64,000 nt of DNA. It comes from Candidatus Marinacidobacterium sp. GTDB taxonomy: Bacteria > Acidobacteriota > Vicinamibacteria > Marinacidobacterales > Marinacidobacteraceae. Every line of letters begins with the position of its first letter. The stretch's first letter is position 1. The notes under the pieces are model-generated. The model had not been told where the DNA came from and did no database searches. It was given only the letters and a program-made list of their open reading frames with translations. Made by a program: the position numbers and the translations under genes. Shown piece after piece: positions 29,440 to 36,906 of this stretch. Where the stretch lies: the NCBI GenBank assembly GCA_965204755.1, contig OZ242011.1, positions 1,490,266-1,554,265 of the forward strand, read 5' to 3'.

Positions 29440-30806
29440 TGAGTCTTGCCGGCGCCGCCCGGCAGTCCCGTGTGGTTGCCGCGAAGGGAACGCTTCGGGA
29501 GGATTATCGGCACAACGGGAGTGTCCGGCACTCGCTCGCGCTCGGCGCGCGACGGGGCCTGAGCGCCGATCTGGGAGAGCCGGAGAGCGCCCCTCGCTGC
29601 AGCGGCGATCCCAAGGGCGAGTGGTGGCGCGCCTATCTCCGCGGCCGCCGACCGGTCACAGCGAACCCGAGCGGGAAGACCCTGCGCATCGCCGACCTGT
29701 TCTGCGGGGCCGGGGGACTCGCGCTCGGGGTTCGCCAGTTGTGCGACGAAGCCGGTCTCGAGCCGGTCTGGGAGTTCATCGCCGACCGAGACGACGGCGC
29801 GGTGGCGGTGTACGCGGGGAACCACCCGGTGCGGCGGGTCTCGAGGGAATCGGTGTCCGACCTGCTGGACTACCGGGTGCGGCGGCGGTCGAGCGGGGCC
29901 GAGTTCGTCTATGAATCGGAGTTCCTCGACCCCGAGTTGCGCAAGGCGGTGCGCGGCGTGGACCTGGTGATGGCCGGGCCGCCGTGCGAGGGGCATTCGA
30001 ACCTGAACAACCACACGCGCCGGGACGACCGGCGGAACCACCTCTATCTCGCGGTTCCGGCGTTCGCGGTCGCTGCGGGGGCGCGGATGGTGCTCATCGA
30101 GAATGTGCCCGCGGTGGAGAACGACCGCAGCGGAGTGGTCGAGGCGGCGCGTAACCTGTTGGAGGCTGCCGGTTATTCCGTCGAAACCGGCGTCCTCGCC
30201 GCCGACGCCATGGGATGGCCGCAGACGCGGCGGCGGTTCTTCCTGGTGGCTCACCGTTCCCGCGCGCCAGTGCCGTTCGCGGCGATCCGTGAGGGTCTCG
30301 CCGACGATGCTCCGCGCCCGCTCTGGTGGGCCATCGAGGACCTGGAGGAGACCGGCGGCGACGATCCGCTGCATCGCGTGGGGGAACTCAGCGAGGAGAA
30401 CCGCGCTCGTATCGCGTGGCTGTTCGACAACGACGCTCACGAACTCGACCTCTCCGAACGGCCGGCCTGCCACCGGGACGGCACGACCTACTCGGCGGTG
30501 TACGGGCGTATGCACCGGGACCAGCCCGCGCCGACGATCACGACCGGTTTCCTGACACCGGGCCGCGGCCGGTTCGTGCATCCGACCCGGCGACGGACGC
30601 TGACCCCGCGCGAAGCGGCCCGGCTGCAGGGTTTTCCCGACACCTACCGGTTCGCTCCGGAGGCCGACCGAGTCCCCACCCGGTCGCAACTCGCGAAGTG
30701 GATCGGGGACGCGGTGCCCATGCCGCTCGGCTACGCCGCGGCGCTCTCCCTGCTCGCCCCCGAGTTGGGCCGGGCGAGCCCGCGACGGAAACCGCAGCAC
30801 GCGTGA
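29439..30806 (+). CDS. dcm: DNA (cytosine-5)-methyltransferase, Dcm-like
   Basis: Motif I LRIADLFCGAGGLALG, PC motif GPPCEGHS, ENV motif LIENVPAV, motif VIII QTRRRFFLVA, motif X TPREAARLQGFPDTYRF. The GTG start overlaps the upstream TAG; ~70-aa N-terminal extension. Confidence 0.9.
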   Translation: MSLAGAARQSRVVAAKGTLREDYRHNGSVRHSLALGARRGLSADLGEPESAPRCSGDPKGEWWRAYLRGRRPVTANPSGKTLRIADLFCGAGGLALGVRQLCDEAGLEPVWEFIADRDDGAVAVYAGNHPVRRVSRESVSDLLDYRVRRRSSGAEFVYESEFLDPELRKAVRGVDLVMAGPPCEGHSNLNNHTRRDDRRNHLYLAVPAFAVAAGARMVLIENVPAVENDRSGVVEAARNLLEAAGYSVETGVLAADAMGWPQTRRRFFLVAHRSRAPVPFAAIREGLADDAPRPLWWAIEDLEETGGDDPLHRVGELSEENRARIAWLFDNDAHELDLSERPACHRDGTTYSAVYGRMHRDQPAPTITTGFLTPGRGRFVHPTRRRTLTPREAARLQGFPDTYRFAPEADRVPTRSQLAKWIGDAVPMPLGYAAALSLLAPELGRASPRRKPQHA

Positions 30807-31245
30807 CCGGCGCCGGCGCCGGGCCGGCGCGGGAGGAGTCGGTCCCGGAGTCCGTTCGGCGGCGGATGCGGAATACGCCGCGGCGGGATACGCCGTTCGA
30901 GGTCGCGGTGCGGAAGCAGGCGTACGCGTTGGGCCTGCGCTATCGCGTGGACTGCGGCGTTCCCGGAGTGACCCGGGGACGGCCCGACCTGGTATTCAGC
31001 GGACGCCGGGTGGCCGTGTTCCTCGACGGCTGCTCTGGCACTCCTGCCCGATCCACCGCTCGGCCCCGGCCACGAACCGCGAGTGGTGGGCCGCCAAACT
31101 GCGGGCGAACGCCGACCGCGACGAACGCCACCGCCGGGAACTCGAGGACGCCGGATGGACCGTCCTCCGCTTCTGGGAACACGAAGATCCCGCAACCGTC
31201 GCCGCCGAAATCGCCGCCGCGGTTCGCGGGTCCCAACCGGGCTGA
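30803..31245 (+). pseudogene. vsr: Very-short-patch-repair endonuclease (Vsr), frameshifted
   Basis: GTG at 30803 overlaps the dcm stop (GTGA), as in E. coli dcm-vsr. The N-part reads …ALGLRYRVDCGVPGVTRGRPDLVFSGRRVAVFLDGC. After ~31034 the conserved FWHSCPIHRSAPATNREWWAAKLRANADRDERHRRELEDAGWTVLRFWEHED continues in frame 1, which is consistent with one missing T (tgcTtctgg→tgctctgg). Confidence 0.75.
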
Positions 31246-31299
31246 CGGGCCGCAACCGGCCCCGCATGAGTTACTGACCCGGCGGGCGCCGGGTCGAGG

Positions 31300-31334
31300 G
31301 CGCGCCCCGGGGCCGGGGAGACCCCGGGGCGCGC
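31300..31334. terminator. Perfect 13-bp GC inverted repeat (gcgcgccccgggg-N9-ccccggggcgcgc), putative bidirectional terminator
   Basis: It lies between the convergent vsr (+) and flotillin (−) stops. There is no U-tract, which is common in high-GC taxa. Confidence 0.4.
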
Positions 31335-31340
31335 GGGTGC

Positions 31341-32660
31341 TCAGTGGCCGCTGTGGCCGAGGGGGCCGCGGGCGGAACCGCGCTTGGCTCCCCGTTCCGC
31401 TTCGCCTGCCGCCGGCGGGCCGTCGCTGTCCTTCCTGTCGGAGGAGAGGAGCGCCGGGACATCCACGCCGGTGGCGGTCTTCAACTGCTCGAGGAAGGCC
31501 GCGACGGAACCGGTGAGGCCGCGCACATGGCTCGGCACGCCGCCGCCGTCGCCGTTGTCCACCACCGTGAGCCGCTCCACATGGAGGTTGTCGTGGAGGA
31601 CATGGGTGACCTTGTCGATCAGGTGCGGGAGCATCTGGAGCAGCATGATCTCCCGTGCGGTCTCGTCGGTCCACTGCATCTTGATCTGCTCGATCGCGGC
31701 GGCGGTGGCCTTACCGTTCTCGCGGATCTTCGAGGCGGCGCCCTCGGCGGCGAGGATCTTGGCCCGGCTCGCCGCTTCGGCGGGAATGACCGTGTTCGCC
31801 TGTTCCCGCTTCTGGTTGCGCTCGACCCGGATGTCTTCGAGTTCGCTCTGCTGGCGGGCGCGGGAGATGGCCCGGGCGACCTCCGCGACCTCTTCCGCCT
31901 CGTTCGACTTGGCGGAGCGCTCGGCGCGGCGCATGCGGACTTCGTGCTCGGCGTCCACGATGGCCTGCTCGGCCTCGGTCTCCGCCACCACCGCGCTGCG
32001 CTTGGCTTCGGCGGCCACGCTGCGCGCCTCGGCGTCCGCGGTCGCTTCCTTCTTGAGGGCGTCACGCCGGACTTCCGCGCTCTTCTGCCGTCCGATGGCT
32101 TCGAGGTAGCCCTCGGAGTCGGAGAGGTGCTGGATCTTGAAGGTGTCGAGCACCAGCCCGAGGCGGCCGAAGTCGGTCTGCGCCGCCTCGGAGGCGGAGT
32201 CGGCCACGGCGAGGCGCTCGGCGTTCGCCGCTTCCGGCGTCCGGGTGGCGAGCACGCCGCGGAGGCTGCCTTCGAGCGTCTGCCGCGCCACGGTCTGGAT
32301 CTCGTGTTCGCTCTTGCCGAGGAAACGCTCGACCGCCTGGTCGAGGCCGCCGCCGACTTCGCCGGACACCTTGACCGTGGCGAGGCCTTCGACATCCAGC
32401 GAGATCATGCCGGCGGAGAGCGCCTTCTGGACCTTCACTTCGATCGGGATCGTGTTCAGCGAGATGCGGGACACGGTCTCGATGAGCGGCCGGCGGAAGC
32501 CGCGGCCCCCGCGAATCACCCGGAACCCGCGCTTGCGGCCGGAGAAGATCACCGCTTCGTTCGGCGCGCAGACGACGACATGGCTGCGGATGAAGATGAT
32601 GAACGCCATGACGGCGGTGGCCCCGAGGGCGATGATGATTCCGATGGTTCCTGGAGTCAT
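31341..32660 (-). CDS. Flotillin-like SPFH/band-7 protein (YqiK/FloA-type)
   Basis: N-terminal TM helix, SPFH domain and a long Ala/Glu-rich coiled-coil; 439 aa. Confidence 0.85.
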   Translation of the reverse strand: MTPGTIGIIIALGATAVMAFIIFIRSHVVVCAPNEAVIFSGRKRGFRVIRGGRGFRRPLIETVSRISLNTIPIEVKVQKALSAGMISLDVEGLATVKVSGEVGGGLDQAVERFLGKSEHEIQTVARQTLEGSLRGVLATRTPEAANAERLAVADSASEAAQTDFGRLGLVLDTFKIQHLSDSEGYLEAIGRQKSAEVRRDALKKEATADAEARSVAAEAKRSAVVAETEAEQAIVDAEHEVRMRRAERSAKSNEAEEVAEVARAISRARQQSELEDIRVERNQKREQANTVIPAEAASRAKILAAEGAASKIRENGKATAAAIEQIKMQWTDETAREIMLLQMLPHLIDKVTHVLHDNLHVERLTVVDNGDGGGVPSHVRGLTGSVAAFLEQLKTATGVDVPALLSSDRKDSDGPPAAGEAERGAKRGSARGPLGHSGH

Positions 32661-32720
32661 GAAAACCTCTTCGAAGTCGGCGGCGGGCGGGTCGGTTGTC
32701 CGGCGCCGGCGGATCCTCTG

Positions 32721-34136
32721 CTAGCAGTCGTAGTAGAGCGCGAATTCCGCCGGGTGCGGGCGCTGGTCCATGTAGGCGAGTTCGTTGGCTCGCTTGTACC
32801 GGATCCAGGTGTCCACCACATCCGGCGTGAACACGCCGCCGCGCAGCAGGTAGTCGTGGTCGTCCTCCAACGCGCGGAGGGCGGCCTTGAGCGTGGGCGG
32901 CGTGTCCTTGATCTTGCGCTGTTCGTCTTCCGGCAGTTCGTAGATGTCCCGGTCAACCGGGTCGGGCGGCATCGTCTTGTTGAAGATGCCGTCGAGGCCG
33001 GCCATCAGCATGGCGGAAAACGCCAGGTAAGGATTGGCGCTCGGGTCCGGACACCGGAATTCCACGCGCTTCGCGGCCGGCGCCTGCGAATACATCGGGA
33101 TCCGGATCGCGGCGGACCGGTTCCGCTGCGAGTACACCAACTTGATCGGCGCCTCGAACCCGGGCACCAGCCGGCGGTAGGAATTCGCGGTGGGGCAGGC
33201 GAAGGCGAGCAGCGAGCCGGCGTGCTCCAGCAGGCCGCCGATGAACCAAAGCCCCATCTCGGAGAGACCGGCGTAGCCGTCGCGGTCGTAGAAGAGGTTC
33301 TTCCCGTCGCGCCACAGGCTGAGGTGGCAGTGCATCCCGGAGCCGTTGTCGCCGAACAGCGGTTTGGGCATGAAGGTGGCGGTGCGCCCGCAGTCGTTCG
33401 CCGTGTTCCGCACCGTGTGCTTGAACTTCATCAGCGCATCGGACATGCGGGTCAGCGGCTCGTACTTCAGGCCGATCTCGCACTGCCCGCCGCTTCCCAC
33501 TTCCTGGTGGTGGAGTTCGGCGTCCACGCCGCAGAGGCGCAGGTTCGAGATCATCTGCGACCGGATGTCCTGGTAGGGATCCGTCGGCGGCATCCGGAAG
33601 TACGCTTCCTTGAGGCCCGGCTTGTGGGCCAGGTTCGGCTTCTCGTCCCGCCCGGTGTTCCACCCGCCCCAGGCGGAATCCACCCGGTAGAACGCCTCGT
33701 TGACCGTCTGGTCGAAACGGGCGTCGTCGAAAATGTAGAACTCGGCCTCCGGGCCGACATAGCAGGTGTCGGCGAGGCCGGAAGTGTTCAGGTAGCGGGT
33801 GGCCTTCTCGGCGATGTGGCGGGGATCGCGGGAATAGAGTTCGAGAGTGACCGGATCCTTGACATTGCAGATGAACACCATCGTCGGATCCTTGTAGAAG
33901 GGATCCACGAACAGGGTGTCCGGGTCGGGGCGCAGCAGCATGTCGCTGTCTTCGATGCTCTGGAAGCCGCGCACCGAGGAGCCGTCGAAGCCCACGCCCT
34001 TGACGAACATGTCCTCCTCGAAGGCTTCCACCGCGTAGGTGATGTGCCGCCAACTGCCGAGGAGGTCCGCGAAGCGGAAGTCCACGAACCGGATGTCCCG
34101 GTCCGAGATCATGCGGCGGACTTGGCGCAGCGACAT
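32721..34136 (-). CDS. glnA: Glutamine synthetase type I
   Basis: 471 aa; GS motifs …DIRFVDFRFAD…, …KPLFGDNGSGMHCHLSLW… (ATP-binding) and …NSYRRLVPGFEAP…, plus an adenylylation-site region. Confidence 0.95.
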   Translation of the reverse strand: MSLRQVRRMISDRDIRFVDFRFADLLGSWRHITYAVEAFEEDMFVKGVGFDGSSVRGFQSIEDSDMLLRPDPDTLFVDPFYKDPTMVFICNVKDPVTLELYSRDPRHIAEKATRYLNTSGLADTCYVGPEAEFYIFDDARFDQTVNEAFYRVDSAWGGWNTGRDEKPNLAHKPGLKEAYFRMPPTDPYQDIRSQMISNLRLCGVDAELHHQEVGSGGQCEIGLKYEPLTRMSDALMKFKHTVRNTANDCGRTATFMPKPLFGDNGSGMHCHLSLWRDGKNLFYDRDGYAGLSEMGLWFIGGLLEHAGSLLAFACPTANSYRRLVPGFEAPIKLVYSQRNRSAAIRIPMYSQAPAAKRVEFRCPDPSANPYLAFSAMLMAGLDGIFNKTMPPDPVDRDIYELPEDEQRKIKDTPPTLKAALRALEDDHDYLLRGGVFTPDVVDTWIRYKRANELAYMDQRPHPAEFALYYDC

Positions 34137-34145
34137 GGAGCGCCC

Positions 34146-34487
34146 CTAGCCGATCGCCTGCGAGCCGCGGTCCCCGGTGCGGATGCGGACGCAGTCGTGG
34201 AGGTCGGTGATCAGGATCTTGCCGTCGCCCGCCTTGCCGGTCTGGGCGCCGCGAAGGATGGCGCTCACCGTCCGCTCCACGAAGTCCTCGTTGACCGCCA
34301 CATCCACGCGGACGCGCTTCAGGACATCCACCTGCGTCTGGATGCCCCGGAACTGGGCTTCGTAGCCCTTCTGGGTGCCGTGGCCGACGCCGGCGGTGAT
34401 GGAGAACTTGCCGACCTGGGCGGCGAACAACTCTTCTTGCACCTTCGGCAGGACTTCGGGCTGGATCAGCGCGGTAATCAGTTTCAT
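34146..34487 (-). CDS. glnB: Nitrogen regulatory protein P-II (GlnB/GlnK)
   Basis: MKLITALIQPEVLPKVQEEL…, T-loop RGAQTGKAGDGKI, 113 aa. Its position between amtB and glnA suggests GlnK-type function. Confidence 0.95.
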   Translation of the reverse strand: MKLITALIQPEVLPKVQEELFAAQVGKFSITAGVGHGTQKGYEAQFRGIQTQVDVLKRVRVDVAVNEDFVERTVSAILRGAQTGKAGDGKILITDLHDCVRIRTGDRGSQAIG

Positions 34488-34518
34488 GGAGCAGCCACTC
34501 GCAGAGGTTGGGGCGCGG

Positions 34519-35910
34519 TCAGGAGGACAGGATCTGGAAGCCCGTGTAGGACTCCATGCCGTGTTCGTTCTCGTCGAGGCCGCGGATCTCTTCCTGGCGC
34601 GAGACCCTCAGGCCGAAGAGCGACTTGATGGTCAAGAAGACGAGTCCCATGGAAATGGCGACGAACAGGCCGGTGGAGAAAGTGCCGAGCGCCTGGATTC
34701 CCAACTGCTCGAAGCCGCCGCCGTAGAAGAGGCCTTCGCGGGCGAGGCCGAGGGACTCCCGCCCCCACAGGCCGACGGCGAGCGTGCCCCAGATGCCGCA
34801 GGCGCCGTGCACCGGGAACGCGCCGCAGGGATCGTCCACCTTGACTGCGTCGAGGAACTTGACCGCGAGCACGACCACGAAGCCGCCGGCGGCGCCGATC
34901 CAGATCGAGGCCGACGGACTCACGACCGCGCAGGGCGCGGTGACGGAGACCAGTCCGGCGAGGGCGCCGTTCATCGTGAAGAACAGGTCGGGCTTGCCGA
35001 ACACGATCCAGGAGATCAGGGTGGTGGTCACCGCCCCGGACGCCGCGGCGAGGTTCGTGTTCACCGCGATCAACGAGATCGCCTCGCCGTCGCCGACCGC
35101 GAGGTTCGACCCGGCGTTGAAGCCGAACCAGCCGAACCAGAGGATGAAGACGCCGAGGGAGGCCAGCGGCACCGAGTGCCCGGGAATCGCGTTGGCCTTG
35201 CCGTCCGGGGTGAACCGGCCGAGGCGGGGCCCCAGGATCCAGGCGCCGACGAACGCGGTGGCGCCGCCGGTCAGGTGGACGACGGTGGAGCCGGCGAAGT
35301 CGAAGAAGTCGAGTTGGGCGAGCCAGCCGCCGCCCCAGGTCCAGTGGCCGACGACCGGATAGACGAACGCGGAAATGATGAAGGAGTAGGCCAGGTAGGC
35401 GGTGAACTTCATCCGTTCCGCCATGCCGCCGGCGACGATCGTGGCGGCGGCCCCGCAGAAGGCGGCCTGGAAGAGCCAGAAGGCCCACAGGGGCACATCG
35501 GCGGCGGACTCGGCGCCGATCAGGAGGAACCCGCTGGTGCCGAAGAACGCGTTCCCCTCGGAGAACATCAGCGCGTAGCCGAAGATGAAGAACCCGAGCG
35601 ACGCCAAGCAGTAGTCGAGGAAGTTCTTCGTGAGGATGTTCGAGGTGTTCTTCGCCCGGATGAAGCCCGCCTCGAGCATCCCGAACCCGCACTGCATCAG
35701 GAACACGAGGAACGCGGACAGCAACACGAACAGCGTGTCGAGGCCGACCGCATGCGCGGCGGGACCGCCTTCCTGGGCGGAGGCCGGCTCCGCGGCGAAG
35801 AGGGCGGCGAAGAGGCCGAGGGCGAGAGCCGGGCCGAGGCGGAGGCGCCGCCTTCGCGCCGCCGCGCGGTCGGAAGACCGGAACGCCGAAGAGAGAAATC
35901 GCCCGATCAT
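34519..35910 (-). CDS. amtB: Ammonium transporter
   Basis: ATG at 35910 (MIGRFLSS…); Amt/MEP signature regions (…DFAGSTVVHLTGGATAFVGAWILGPR…, …GFNAGS…); 463 aa with an N-terminal signal. Confidence 0.9.
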   Translation of the reverse strand: MIGRFLSSAFRSSDRAAARRRRLRLGPALALGLFAALFAAEPASAQEGGPAAHAVGLDTLFVLLSAFLVFLMQCGFGMLEAGFIRAKNTSNILTKNFLDYCLASLGFFIFGYALMFSEGNAFFGTSGFLLIGAESAADVPLWAFWLFQAAFCGAAATIVAGGMAERMKFTAYLAYSFIISAFVYPVVGHWTWGGGWLAQLDFFDFAGSTVVHLTGGATAFVGAWILGPRLGRFTPDGKANAIPGHSVPLASLGVFILWFGWFGFNAGSNLAVGDGEAISLIAVNTNLAAASGAVTTTLISWIVFGKPDLFFTMNGALAGLVSVTAPCAVVSPSASIWIGAAGGFVVVLAVKFLDAVKVDDPCGAFPVHGACGIWGTLAVGLWGRESLGLAREGLFYGGGFEQLGIQALGTFSTGLFVAISMGLVFLTIKSLFGLRVSRQEEIRGLDENEHGMESYTGFQILSS

Positions 35911-36446
35911 GGAAGAAAGAGTTCCTGCTGAGTTGGCCGCGGGGCGCTGTCGAACATCCGGAGCATCCATTGGAGGGGGGTTGATGGAATCGGTTCCCGG
36001 CGGAGGCGGGCGCCGAACCGCGTCGCGCCCGGCCGCCGCCTGCACGGGGAGGTTCACCGTCCCGTCAGCGAACGCCGTTTCCCGGCGCGCCGCGGAAACG
36101 GAGCCGCGAAGGGCCGAAAGGAATTTCGGCCGCCCGTCGGGCTCCCGGCGGGGCGGGCAATAGTACGGACGCAGCCGGGCGGGAGTCAATACACAAATTC
36201 GCGCGGGGTCGGTCGGGCGCGGGCGCCGACGACGAACCCTCCGCTCGACGGGCCGAGCGGGTCGGCCGCGGGCGGCGCTCGCCGGGAGGGCGGCCCGGGG
36301 GACGGGGCGGACCGCCCGTGGAGAAAGTCCGGCCGGGAGCGCCGGGCAGGGCGGAGCGCCGGGTAGAGCGGAGCGCCGCGCGAAGGAGTGCGGGGAGGGG
36401 GTTCCCCTGCCCGCGGGCCGCTGACGCGGCCGGTTGCGCAACCGAA

Positions 36447-36823
36447 TGGTGGAGGCGGCGGGAATCGAACCCGCGTCCGAAAGCCTTCCACAGCGACCTC
36501 TACATGCTTAGCCGCGTCGTGGCGGGGAACTGCGCCCGAGGGCGCGCTCCCCTTTTCGCCTCCGCGCCGCATCGACCCGGCGAGTCGCGGCGTGGACGCT
36601 ATCCCTGGGGTTTCGCCGCCGGCGCGGGAGAACCGTCGGCTGAGCCCGCCTCGTCGTCGCCCCTTCCCGCCCGGCAGGCGTGGTCAGGAGGGGCGTGACG
36701 GCCTAAGCCGCCAGAGCCAGTTCAGTGTTGTTGGCTTGTGTGTGGTTTCCACCGTTCGCGAGAGGTGGACCCTCGGCATGCAATCGCTGCTTCCTGTACC
36801 TTCGTCGAACCCAGTACGCCCCC
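36447..36823 (-). ncRNA. ssrA: tmRNA (ssrA)
   Basis: The 3' end …GGACGCGGGTTCGATTCCCGCCGCCTCCACCA is the tRNA-like T-arm plus CCA. The 5' GGGGGCG pairs with the 3' CGCCUCC, including the G3·U70 alanine identity pair. An internal tag ORF GCC AAC AAC ACU GAA CUG GCU CUG GCG GCU UAG encodes ANNTELALAA. Confidence 0.85.
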
Positions 36824-36906
36824 TCCTTTTCGGTGAGATCTTCCGGTGAGTTCCGGGTGGCCCGGCGCGGGATGCGCCGGGCGAACGGCTACCATTCTAG
36901 CAGCCC

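Noticed and set aside
31344-34628. 1094-aa plus-strand ORF antisense to flotillin, glnA and the P-II gene
   Set aside because: It is antisense to three conserved genes. The product is dominated by R/G/A/D/E runs with no domain signature.
35911-36446. Sigma-54 (TGGCAC-N5-TTGC) promoter in the amtB leader
   Set aside because: I searched the minus-strand leader by eye for the −24/−12 consensus and found no convincing match. It is left as an open question and not called.
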